The notes: generated by a model not told the origin, from the letters alone. DNA of 61,235 nt from Patescibacteria group bacterium (GCA_038063615.1 JBBTUT010000010.1:12035-73269), one strand, 5' to 3'. Shown: positions 30,343 to 38,447, counted from the stretch's first letter. Made by a program: numbers and translations.

Positions 30343-31587
30343 ATGTTAGACTTAAAAACAATGGGATCGGCGCTTGAACAGCTTGAGGCGGAACGAGGCA
30401 TTCCCCGTGCGAAGATCATCGAAGCGATAGAGCAAGCGCTCGCCGCGGCTTACAAAAAAGACTATGGCAAAAAGGGGCAGATCGTCCGCGCCGTATTTGA
30501 TATGAGCTCAGGAAAGACGGAGTTCGTGCAGGTGAAGATCGTCGTTGATGAAGCGACCGTCCGTATGCCAGAGGACACCGACGAGGAAGCCGAAGCAAAA
30601 GAAGCAAAAATGAACAAGGGTGTTGCCGAAGGCGAAGAGATTTCTCTCCGCCGTTTCAGCCCCGAGCATGATATTCTCCTTGCGGACGCGCGCCGTATCA
30701 AACGCGATGCTGTTTCCGGCGACGAGGTTGTCTTCCCTCTTGAAGCGCACGACGACTACGGTCGCATCGCCGCGCAGACCGCGAAGCAGGTGATCATCCA
30801 GCGCATTCGCGAAGCGGAAAAGGTTTCCATTATCGGCGAATACGGGAGCAAGCAAGGCGACATCGTGCAGGGGACAGTTCAAAGAATGGAGCGCGGAAAT
30901 ATTTTTGTCGACCTCGGCAAGACGACAGGACTCCTCGCCTACGAAGACCAGATTCCCGGCGAGCGCTACAAGCAGGGCGAGCGCATCCACGCATACCTCT
31001 ACAAGGTAGAGGAAACTCCGCGCGGTATCGATGTGCGCCTTTCCCGCTCGCATCCAAAAATGATTGAGAAGCTTTTTATACAGGAAGCTCCAGAGGTTGC
31101 GGCAGGCACCGTACAGATCAAAGCCGTCGCCCGTGAAGCTGGGTCTCGCGCAAAAGTCGCGGTGGCTTCGACCGACGAACACATCGATCCTATCGGCTCA
31201 TGCGTGGGTCAGCGCGGCGTGCGCGTCTCGACCGTGATGAGCGAGCTCGGCGGTGAAAAGATCGACCTCATCGTATGGTCAGAGGATCCAAAGAAATTCA
31301 TCGCGGACTCGCTTTCTCCCGCACAAGTGCAATCGGTGGAGATTAACGAAGAAAATCACCAAGCAACCATTACCGTTTCCGCGGACCAGCAGTCCCTCGC
31401 AATCGGTCGTGGCGGTCAAAATGTGCGCCTCGCCGCAAAGCTCACGGGCTGGAAGCTCGACATCGTCGGACTCCCCGGTGAAGTTGTCGCGGAAGCAACC
31501 GCGGACGGTGCTGTAAAGATCGAGGAAAAACCGGCTGAAGTTGTTGCGGAAACTCCAACTGAAGCTACTGAAACTCCTGCTGAATAA
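30343..31587 (+). CDS. nusA: Transcription termination/antitermination factor NusA
   Basis: Trimmed to MLDLKTMGSALEQLE; S1 and two KH domains (GSCVGQRGVRV, IGRGGQNVRLA). Confidence 0.95.
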   Translation: MLDLKTMGSALEQLEAERGIPRAKIIEAIEQALAAAYKKDYGKKGQIVRAVFDMSSGKTEFVQVKIVVDEATVRMPEDTDEEAEAKEAKMNKGVAEGEEISLRRFSPEHDILLADARRIKRDAVSGDEVVFPLEAHDDYGRIAAQTAKQVIIQRIREAEKVSIIGEYGSKQGDIVQGTVQRMERGNIFVDLGKTTGLLAYEDQIPGERYKQGERIHAYLYKVEETPRGIDVRLSRSHPKMIEKLFIQEAPEVAAGTVQIKAVAREAGSRAKVAVASTDEHIDPIGSCVGQRGVRVSTVMSELGGEKIDLIVWSEDPKKFIADSLSPAQVQSVEINEENHQATITVSADQQSLAIGRGGQNVRLAAKLTGWKLDIVGLPGEVVAEATADGAVKIEEKPAEVVAETPTEATETPAE

Positions 31588-31613
31588 TTACTCACTTTAA
31601 TTTTCAAACCAAC

Positions 31614-32150
31614 ATGAAAATGAACCTATGGCACGATGTTTCTCTTGGCGACAACGCTCCTCTGGAGATCAATGTGATTGTTGAGATCCCAAAGGGCTCG
31701 AAAAATAAGTACGAGATAGACAAAGAGACCGGCCTCATCGCGCTCGACCGCGCGCTCCACACGGCGCAGGACTATCCGTTCGACTATGGCTTCGTTCCGC
31801 AAACGCTGTGGGATGACAATGACGCACTCGATGTTGTCCTCCTCACCACCTATCCGCTCTTCCCCGGCATCCTCGTCGCGGCGCGCCCTGTCGCGATCAT
31901 GCACATGACCGACTCTGGCGAAGGCGACGACAAAGTAATCGCCGTTCCCGTCGGCGACCCAAGGTGGGCGGACATAAAGGATTTGCAGGACATCAACAAG
32001 CATACACTCAAAGAAATGGAGCACTTCTTTATGACTTACAAGCAGATCCAGAAAAAGGAAGTTGTCGTGACCGGCTTTGAGGGAGCGGAAGCCGCTCGCG
32101 CCGCAGTCGAAAAAAGCATCAAGCTGTATCAAAACAAGTACGCGAAGTAA
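31614..32150 (+). CDS. ppa: Inorganic pyrophosphatase (family I)
   Basis: 178 aa; EIPKGSKNKYEIDK, DYGFVPQT, DALDVVLL motifs. Confidence 0.95.
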   Translation: MKMNLWHDVSLGDNAPLEINVIVEIPKGSKNKYEIDKETGLIALDRALHTAQDYPFDYGFVPQTLWDDNDALDVVLLTTYPLFPGILVAARPVAIMHMTDSGEGDDKVIAVPVGDPRWADIKDLQDINKHTLKEMEHFFMTYKQIQKKEVVVTGFEGAEAARAAVEKSIKLYQNKYAK

Positions 32151-32335
32151 AAAACTTCTTAAAAACCACCCAGCCCCTCTACTAGAGTGGCTGGGTGGTT
32201 TTTTGTAAGATTTCCATTTATGCACAGTCTTCTATTGTAGAAAGCTTATTGCTTTTATATAATGTATGGGCGTACAGGAGAAGGTACTAGTATTATCAAT
32301 AACATACCCTATTTCAGGGTTAGCATTTAAACCAT

Positions 32336-33229
32336 ATGAACAAGAAAATCAACATCGCGCTGATTGCCCTTTTGGCATTCGGAGCACTATCGACAAGCGC
32401 GCAAACCGACGGAACGGCAACCACGGCGTCGACTGACGCCACCACCGCGACGACCATAAACACAACAGCGGAAGGTGCGGCTGCTGCCAGCGCAGTACTT
32501 CAAGCGGGACAAATACCAAAAAGTCTTATTCGTCCGGTCCTCCAAGTACAAAAAATAAAAGACAAAGCACTTATGGAAGCTCGTGAAAAAGCGCTTAAAC
32601 AGACCCAGCAATCCACATTCGGCAATCGCGCAAAAGCTCTCCGCGCTACGACAACGGAAGTTCGCAAAGACATCCGCGACCTGCGCGGTGATATCAAAGA
32701 CATAAAAAAGGAAAATCGCGAGGAGATGGAGACGCGCGCAAAAGCCATCCGTGCGTCCACCACAGAAATGCGCGCGAACATGAAGGACAAGGTACAAGAA
32801 AAACGACTCGAGATCGCGCACAAGCAAGCGGAGCTCGTCATCAAGCGACTGACCGTGGCAATCGAGCGCGTCCAGAAACTCTCTGACCGTGTTTCAGAAA
32901 GATTGACCAAGCTCGAAGCTGAAGGCGTGACCACCACCGTTTCTCGAGGACACATTGCGGAAGCAAAAACAAAGCTCGATGAAGCTCTCACGAAAATATC
33001 CGCGATAAAACTCGCGACAGAAACCGCCTTTGCAGGCTCGACGCCAAAAGAAGCGTTGAAAAGCGTACAGGGTCTTGTAAAAGATGCTTCAAAAACAATC
33101 CAAGAAGCGCATAAACATGTCGCCCTTGCCATCTCGACAGTAAAACCCGGCCTCAACAAACCTCGCCCTGCCACGACTACACCAACGACAGCTACAACCT
33201 CGACGACAACCGCGACAACTACTCAGTAA
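32336..33229 (+). CDS. Secreted Thr/Ala-rich coiled-coil protein
   Basis: 297 aa; signal peptide MNKKINIALIALLAFGALSTSAQT; helical repeats; Thr-rich termini. Confidence 0.6.
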   Translation: MNKKINIALIALLAFGALSTSAQTDGTATTASTDATTATTINTTAEGAAAASAVLQAGQIPKSLIRPVLQVQKIKDKALMEAREKALKQTQQSTFGNRAKALRATTTEVRKDIRDLRGDIKDIKKENREEMETRAKAIRASTTEMRANMKDKVQEKRLEIAHKQAELVIKRLTVAIERVQKLSDRVSERLTKLEAEGVTTTVSRGHIAEAKTKLDEALTKISAIKLATETAFAGSTPKEALKSVQGLVKDASKTIQEAHKHVALAISTVKPGLNKPRPATTTPTTATTSTTTATTTQ

Positions 33230-33252
33230 ATTACTAATCTAATAAAACTACA

Positions 33253-33549
33253 ATGGACCAGAATATAAATGCAGGGGCACCGTCCCCGGAAAAAGGACCG
33301 ATCGGGGCAAAGATAAGTATTATCATCGTAGTACTCATTCTCGCCTTCGGCGCGTACTATTTCTTGAAACAAGTTCCTGTAGAGGAAGGGCTTGATACAT
33401 TACTCACTCCTTCTGAAGTGCAGAGCGACGCGGCCATCTCCAACCTCTCCGCGCAAGGAACATCAACCGAGCTCTCCGACATCCAAAAAGATTTGGATGC
33501 GACAGACCTCTCGAACCTCGATGCGGGCTTGAGCGATATTGCGATTTAG
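33253..33549 (+). CDS. Small membrane-anchored protein
   Basis: 98 aa; one TM (ISIIIVVLILAFGAYYFL), acidic tail. Confidence 0.5.
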   Translation: MDQNINAGAPSPEKGPIGAKISIIIVVLILAFGAYYFLKQVPVEEGLDTLLTPSEVQSDAAISNLSAQGTSTELSDIQKDLDATDLSNLDAGLSDIAI

Positions 33550-33641
33550 TAACGACCACCGTCTTTACAAAAAAAGACCGCCTCTGAGCGGTCTTTTTTC
33601 TTCTCTTTATCTTTGTTTTCCTCTTTCCTCTTTCCTATTTC

Positions 33642-33701
33642 CTAAGCACAATTTATCCCCTATCCGCCCGATAGGTAAAATAGGGGATGAATTGCGCTTA
33701 G
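33642..33701. repeat. Inverted repeat (22-nt arms, 2 mismatches) upstream of tig
   Basis: ctaagcacaatttatcccctat ... ataggggatgaattgcgcttag. Confidence 0.7.
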
Positions 33702-33745
33702 GATTAGATTTGCCAAACCGAGATGAAAAAGATATATTGGGGTCT

Positions 33746-34762
33746 ATGACTGAAATAAAAACAACGATAAAAGAGCTTCCGGACAGTGAGGTCGCCATCA
33801 TGTGTGAAATTCCTACGGAAACATTCGAAAAAGAGCGCGCGGTCGCGCTGAAAAAAATCGGCGAGGAGGTCTCACTCCCCGGCTTTCGCAAGGGGCACAT
33901 CCCCGAAGCGATACTCCTCCAAAAGTTCGGCGAAGCGCTCATCCTCGAGGAAATGGCAAACCTTGCCATGGACCGCGCGTACAGCGAAATTTTAACTCGC
34001 CACAAGATTCACGCGATCGGTATGCCGACAGTTGCCGTGACCAAGCTTGCGAAGGGCAATCCTTTTGAATTCACGCTCTCGTTCCCCGTGATGCCGGAGA
34101 TTGTGCTTCCCGACTATAAAGCGATAGCGAAGGTGATCATGTCGGTAGACGAAAAAGCGGAAGCCACCGACGCGGAAGTCGAGCAAGCGGTAAAAGAGCT
34201 CTGCAAACAGTTTGCAACCAAAGATGCTGACGGCAAAGAAATCGTCCCCGAAATCACCGACGAGCTCGCAAAGAAATTCGGTCCATTCGAAAATGTCGAC
34301 GCATTCAAATCAAAAGTCCGCGAATCAATCGCGCACGAAAAAACAAATCGTATCCGCGAGAAAAAACGAATGCAGACGATGGAGAAAATAGCGGATGGCA
34401 TCACCGCAAGGCTTCCAAAAGTTCTCATCGACGGCGAGATCGAACGAATGATCGGGCAGTTCCGCCACGATGTCGAAAAGATGGGGATGAAATTTGAGGA
34501 CTATCTCGCGACCACAAAGAAAAGCGAGGAGGAGATGCGCAAAGAGTGGCTCCCCGACGCGGAAAAGCGTGCAAAGGTGCAGATCGCTCTCACGAGAATC
34601 GCCGAGGCGGAGAAACTCGAAGTCCTCAAGGAAGACCTCGAGCGCGAAACAAAATTCTTCCTCGAACAATACAAAGACGCCGACCCCGCCCGCGTCCATT
34701 TGCACCTCGAAATGATGCTCACCAACGAAAAAGTCTTCCAATTCTTGGAAGAGCAGAAGTAA
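33746..34762 (+). CDS. tig: Trigger factor, short form
   Basis: Trimmed to MTEIKTTIKELPDSEV; ribosome-binding GFRKGHIP signature; 338 aa, about 95 aa shorter than canonical TF. Confidence 0.85.
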   Translation: MTEIKTTIKELPDSEVAIMCEIPTETFEKERAVALKKIGEEVSLPGFRKGHIPEAILLQKFGEALILEEMANLAMDRAYSEILTRHKIHAIGMPTVAVTKLAKGNPFEFTLSFPVMPEIVLPDYKAIAKVIMSVDEKAEATDAEVEQAVKELCKQFATKDADGKEIVPEITDELAKKFGPFENVDAFKSKVRESIAHEKTNRIREKKRMQTMEKIADGITARLPKVLIDGEIERMIGQFRHDVEKMGMKFEDYLATTKKSEEEMRKEWLPDAEKRAKVQIALTRIAEAEKLEVLKEDLERETKFFLEQYKDADPARVHLHLEMMLTNEKVFQFLEEQK

Positions 34763-34789
34763 CCATATGGAGGTCACACCTCCATATAT

Positions 34790-34857
34790 TATCGTGTCAA
34801 AAGCTTGCATTTATCGTATCACGATGATACGATAAACTAACCATTATGATACGATTG
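34790..34857. promoter_or_regulatory. Array of four TTATCGTATC-type half-sites (candidate operator) at the HTH-Fic gene start
   Basis: ttatcgtgtc 34790, ttatcgtatc 34811, gatacgataa 34826 (perfect inverted repeat with the previous site), gatacgattg 34848 overlapping the ATG. Confidence 0.55.
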
Positions 34858-35883
34858 TCTCAAATAAAGCCCCAATCTCAAATTCTCTATGCTATTTCGC
34901 AACATGGTCCAATTGGGACCGCCGAGATAGCAAAAAGACTGGGTGACAGTATTTCTCGCTCGACGCTTTCTCGCTACATCAAAGAGCTGAAAGAGTTTGG
35001 GCTTATCACCCCGTCCGGTATTGCGCGCGCCATCAAATACTCCGTCACACAAGATGCAATCCGTGCATACGATTTCGATCTCAGTGTTTACAATTCCAAC
35101 GAAATCTCAACGACACAAACACTTTTCAATCACAACCTTTTCGGTCTGTGCGAACAGGTTTTTTCTGACGATGAAATAAAAAAACTGGAAGAAACCACCG
35201 AGCAGTACCGTCAATGGAATGAAAAAACACCCAAAGAGTACCAAACGCTTGCATACGAACGCTGTGCAATAGAGTTTTCATGGAAGTCTTCAAAAATAGA
35301 GGGCAACACCTACTCGCTCCTTGAAACCGAGGCCCTCATTAAAAATAAAGTGGAGGCAAAAGGGAAACCCCATGACGACGCCACAATGATACTCAATCAA
35401 AAAAATGTTTTTGATCTGACAATGAGCAACACATTCCACAATCTATTTTCCGTGCAAACACTTGTTGATGTGCACAAAATGCTTGTAAGTGAGCTCAGTA
35501 TTCCCCACGACTTGCGCATTGCACAAGTCGGCATCACGGGGACCAATTACGCCCCGCTTCAGTTTCAATCGCAGATAAGGGAATCCCTCGAAAAACTCTT
35601 TGAGCTCGCGAGAAAAATCAAAGACCCTTTCCATTCTGCACTGATTTTACTTGCCGGCATTGCCTACATCCAGCCGTTTGCAGACGGAAACAAGCGCACT
35701 TCGCGACATATGGCGAATGCGATACTGCATAAAAACAATATGCCCCCCGTCGCGTGGAGAACCGTTGATGAAGTAGAATATAAAAAATGCGTCATCGCAT
35801 TCTACGAACTCGGAAACATTCGCCCCCTCGCACTCCTGTGGCTCGAAAATTATATCGAAACAACAAAAACCTTTTTTGCATAA
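34846..35883 (+). CDS. HTH-Fic/DOC family protein with degenerate Fic motif
   Basis: 345 aa; N-terminal wHTH; motif reads QPFADGNKRTSR instead of HPFx(D/E)GNGRxxR. Confidence 0.8.
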   Translation: MIRLSQIKPQSQILYAISQHGPIGTAEIAKRLGDSISRSTLSRYIKELKEFGLITPSGIARAIKYSVTQDAIRAYDFDLSVYNSNEISTTQTLFNHNLFGLCEQVFSDDEIKKLEETTEQYRQWNEKTPKEYQTLAYERCAIEFSWKSSKIEGNTYSLLETEALIKNKVEAKGKPHDDATMILNQKNVFDLTMSNTFHNLFSVQTLVDVHKMLVSELSIPHDLRIAQVGITGTNYAPLQFQSQIRESLEKLFELARKIKDPFHSALILLAGIAYIQPFADGNKRTSRHMANAILHKNNMPPVAWRTVDEVEYKKCVIAFYELGNIRPLALLWLENYIETTKTFFA

Positions 35884-35889
35884 TAAAAA

Positions 35890-35922
35890 AGTGGCTCCGT
35901 CATAAAGACCGAAGCCACCAAA
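35890..35922. terminator. Bidirectional terminator (end of Fic gene and of the minus-strand unit G2-G1)
   Basis: aaaaaagtggctccg-tcataaaga-ccgaagccaccaaaa. Confidence 0.6.
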
Positions 35923-35938
35923 ACCTTTTCTACTCTGC

Positions 35939-36106
35939 CTATTTCGGCGCTGATGTCCAATGCTTTCCGTTTGCACAAAGACCATCCTTGAAGTCAACGG
36001 CTGCGCACAGATAGGACCTCCTATCGTCGTTGCAATTACCCTCTTTTGTTACAGAGCCACAGGAGCTACAATCTTTTTTCAGTTTTTCTGTCTTCAGAAA
36101 AATCAC
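35939..36106 (-). CDS. Possible Cys-rich mini-protein, start codon uncertain
   Basis: AAAAAGGAGG SD; in-frame GTG overlaps the SD, CTG sits 8 nt after it; about 52 aa with CxxC and 3 more Cys; no ATG. Confidence 0.25.
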   Translation of the reverse strand: MIFLKTEKLKKDCSSCGSVTKEGNCNDDRRSYLCAAVDFKDGLCANGKHWTSAPK

Positions 36107-36132
36107 CTCCTTTTTCTAGAAAATGACTGCGT

Positions 36133-36558
36133 TTAGATCACATACAAATTGCTAATCTCTTGCAGTTCTTCCATTATCCTCTGCAAAGAACCTTCAATCT
36201 CAGAAATAATTCGCGAGGCATCCTTGAATTGCTCGTGTGGCGACTGGTCATTGACCAATCGTATTGAGTCATCCTTTGCCTCCTTTCTCATAACTTTCAG
36301 CCCAGAAGCGATAACATCGAGTTGCTGAGGAACTCCTTCAAGGAAGTCCTTGATCTCTTCAGGGACTGTCTCTTTCGTCTTTACGGCGGCAACGATCACC
36401 CGTAGATGATTGACCTCTTCCTGAAGAGAGTCGATATCGGTGAACAATGTTTCTACTATGACCTTACTGTTATTTCTCTCGCCGGCACACACGGTGCCTA
36501 TTGCGACAAAGAAAAAGAAACTGGCGAACATGAACATTCCGAAGATGTTTTTTCTCAT
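36133..36558 (-). CDS. Secreted coiled-coil protein
   Basis: Trimmed to MRKNIFGMFMFASFFFFVAIGTVCA signal peptide; helical remainder. Confidence 0.6.
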   Translation of the reverse strand: MRKNIFGMFMFASFFFFVAIGTVCAGERNNSKVIVETLFTDIDSLQEEVNHLRVIVAAVKTKETVPEEIKDFLEGVPQQLDVIASGLKVMRKEAKDDSIRLVNDQSPHEQFKDASRIISEIEGSLQRIMEELQEISNLYVI

Positions 36559-36588
36559 ATCCTCTCCCTCCATTATGGATAAAAAAGG

Positions 36589-36978
36589 TTATCCGCCGCT
36601 TTTGGGCTTATCCCCATTTTGCTCTCTCAAGCTAATCTCGTGGCGCGCCAACATCATGCGGACGGCGCCTTCGCTTTTCTTCAAAACAAAAGCCAACTCC
36701 TTGGAAGTTTCGTGCCGCTCTACGAGCGTCAGCAAAACTTTCCTCTCCACCTCCCCCATTACCTCTTCAAGCATTTTACCATTCTCAATCTCGTCTGCAA
36801 GGGAAGACAAAGAGATTGCTGACGGGTCCACGCCGTTCCACCTCCCATGTTTCATCATCCTGATACACTTTGATAACTCGTCTGCCAGCTTGGCCGCCTG
36901 ATAGACGCTCACCGCAGGAACAATGATCTCTCTTACCTGCTTTGTTTCTACCTTTTCCTCTCCGATTTCTTCGTTCAT
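36589..36978 (-). CDS. Small HTH protein (sigma-70 region-4-like)
   Basis: Trimmed to MNEEIGEE with AAGGAGGGGG SD; ERKVLLTLVERHETSKELAFVLKKSEGAVRMMLARH resembles region 4 / LuxR-type HTH. Confidence 0.6.
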   Translation of the reverse strand: MNEEIGEEKVETKQVREIIVPAVSVYQAAKLADELSKCIRMMKHGRWNGVDPSAISLSSLADEIENGKMLEEVMGEVERKVLLTLVERHETSKELAFVLKKSEGAVRMMLARHEISLREQNGDKPKSGG

Positions 36979-37020
36979 ATCCCCCTCCTTTTTTAAGAAC
37001 TTTTTTTGAAATCTTCCGCC

Positions 37021-37049
37021 ATGATACCATACCGCAGTACCTCTGTCAA
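37021..37049 (-). promoter_or_regulatory. Sigma-70-type promoter for 36978..36133
   Basis: minus strand TTGACA-17 nt-TATCAT. Confidence 0.6.
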
Positions 37050-37071
37050 ACTTTTTTGTATTTAGAATCGC

Positions 37072-37108
37072 AAAAAACAACCCGACCTCTCGCGAAGTCG
37101 AGTCGTGC
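37072..37108 (-). terminator. Intrinsic terminator (3' part of module C, copy a)
   Basis: minus strand ACTCGAC-ttcgcgagag-GTCGGGT then TGTTTTTTG. Confidence 0.65.
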
Positions 37109-37120
37109 TATTTCCCAAAA

Positions 37121-37161
37121 TTTTCAAAAAGAACATAGGATTGACCTCCATCCCGAGGAGC
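37121..37161 (-). repeat. Module C conserved core (pseudoknot-like), copy a
   Basis: minus strand GCTCCTCGGGATGGAGGTCAATCCTATGTTCTTTTTGAAAA, identical at 43783..43824. Confidence 0.7.
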
Positions 37162-37211
37162 GCTCTTTTGGCAAAGCGCACGAAGCCGAAGTCGTCTACT
37201 GAGATCATGTT

Positions 37212-37430
37212 TCATCGAGTTAAAGCATGGTGGACAATTTCCCCCTGTGCATCATATGCGTGAAGATCACCGCTGCAAGCGTCACATCGGCGCCAGACAA
37301 GTTCGCATTGATCACAAACATACTCTCCATAAACATGGTCGATGCAAAGTAAATTGCCTCCGCACCGGCACTTCAGCTCGCTGCCACCAAAACTCCAACC
37401 TTTCTGAATTATCTCGCTTTTTGCAAACAT
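37212..37430 (-). CDS. Small zinc-ribbon protein
   Basis: 72 aa; CRCGG...C, CDQC, CDAC. Confidence 0.65.
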   Translation of the reverse strand: MFAKSEIIQKGWSFGGSELKCRCGGNLLCIDHVYGEYVCDQCELVWRRCDACSGDLHAYDAQGEIVHHALTR

Positions 37431-37452
37431 AGATTCTCCATACCCTCTTCAA

Positions 37453-37490
37453 AACCCACCTGCCGATTGTTCGGTTCAGGACTTACGGTT
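37453..37490 (-). promoter_or_regulatory. 5' UTR stem-loop U1, copy a
   Basis: minus strand AACCgtaagtCCTGaaCCGAacaaTCGGCAGGtgGGTT just upstream of SD. Confidence 0.7.
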
Positions 37491-37512
37491 CATATTTTTT
37501 TGAAAGAACTAA

Positions 37513-37563
37513 TCTGTTTCGTCTTTTCAGACTCATCAGTCGAGATACGCATCTCGATACAGA
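37513..37563 (-). ncRNA. Type III hammerhead ribozyme (HHR-a)
   Basis: minus strand TCTGTA|TCGAGA-tgcgta-TCTCGA CTGATGA GTCT-GAAA-AGAC GAA ACAGA; cleavage after A (complement of 37558). Confidence 0.85.
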
Positions 37564-37686
37564 GAGCATTTTTACGCGTGCTCAGCGCGGATGGTTTTGT
37601 CTCGGTTCATCAACCGGAGGGCTCTGCTTCCCTTGGGCTCCACATTTTATCATCAAGAAAAAGTGGACAAAGACTCTAGGATTTAG
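37564..37686 (-). repeat. Module M (structured domain 5' of the hammerhead), copy a
   Basis: about 125 nt shared with 38921, 40958, 48082, 50510, 49421; helices TTTGTC/GACAAA, TCCAC/GTGGA, AGGG/CCCT, CGGTT/AACCG, GAGCA/TGCTC. Confidence 0.75.
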
Positions 37687-37740
37687 CGCGAGGAGTTACC
37701 TCATTCAAACACCTCCTTTATTACTTCAATGAATTTATAC

Positions 37741-38106
37741 TTAGCGGTATCGAGAACCCGCTGAACAGCTGCAAGGATAGCTTCCCTCAGGTCCTTCTGC
37801 ACTATACTCTGTGACCCTGCCAGTGTCATCGCATGCTCTACATTTTGGCTCTTTGATTCTTTCTACTGTTTCTTTGTGCGCTTGTGCTATTAGTCGCGCA
37901 AGGTCATTCAGGGTAATTTCGCCCTTACCGTTGCATAGATTACAAACTTTTGCTACCTTGCCGGTGCCGCGACATTCATTGCAGGAAGTACTTTCCCCAT
38001 AATATCTGCTATCTTTATAGACATCTACTTTGCCCTTCCCGTAGCACTTCCGACACTCTACAAGGAATTTCCCTTTACCTTCACAAGCTTCGCACATCTC
38101 TTTCAT
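37741..38106 (-). CDS. DnaJ-CR-type zinc-finger repeat protein
   Basis: 121 aa from MKEMCEACEGKG; five CxxCxGxG-like units. Confidence 0.75.
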   Translation of the reverse strand: MKEMCEACEGKGKFLVECRKCYGKGKVDVYKDSRYYGESTSCNECRGTGKVAKVCNLCNGKGEITLNDLARLIAQAHKETVERIKEPKCRACDDTGRVTEYSAEGPEGSYPCSCSAGSRYR

Positions 38107-38447
38107 GTCCCCTCCTTTTTTATTTGTTCCTCTGCTATTTTGCCCGTTCCCCTGCATTTACTGCAATGCCTAATCCATGACTGCTCTTTTATAACATGGT
38201 CATTATACTGAGAGCTATTAGCAAGCTCTATTCCCCAAACATGACCCGTTCCTTCGCATTTATCACATTTGCACCTCTGGCACACAATCGCCCCTTCACC
38301 GCTTCCGCCACAATCACAACACTTCTCTGTCCAACATTCACCAAAACCATCTTTATGGTAGGTCTTTCCTTTCCCGTTGCACTGCCTACAAACTTTCACT
38401 ATCTCGATCTCGCCTACACCCTTGCATTCATCACATATTCTCGCCAT
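38103..38447 (-). CDS. DnaJ-CR-type zinc-finger repeat protein (paralog)
   Basis: 114 aa; CDECKGVG, CRQCNGKG, CCDCGGSG, CDKCEGTG, CSKCRGTG; stop overlaps the next start (ATGA). Confidence 0.75.
   Translation of the reverse strand: MARICDECKGVGEIEIVKVCRQCNGKGKTYHKDGFGECWTEKCCDCGGSGEGAIVCQRCKCDKCEGTGHVWGIELANSSQYNDHVIKEQSWIRHCSKCRGTGKIAEEQIKKEGT

Noticed and set aside
27794-31182. Long antisense ORFs 27794..28690 and 28464..29099 (opposite pilB) and 30508..31182 (opposite nusA); also 55463..56122 opposite rny
   Set aside because: They are shadow ORFs opposite well-supported genes, with no SD.
37564-37686. Module M as a twister, pistol, hatchet or HDV-like ribozyme
   Set aside because: Fragments such as AUAAAAUGUGGAG and CCCAAGGG recall twister. 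Their order and the pairing partners do not fit any twister permutation I could reconstruct, and no pistol or HDV signatures are present. A covariance-model scan is needed for a firm answer.
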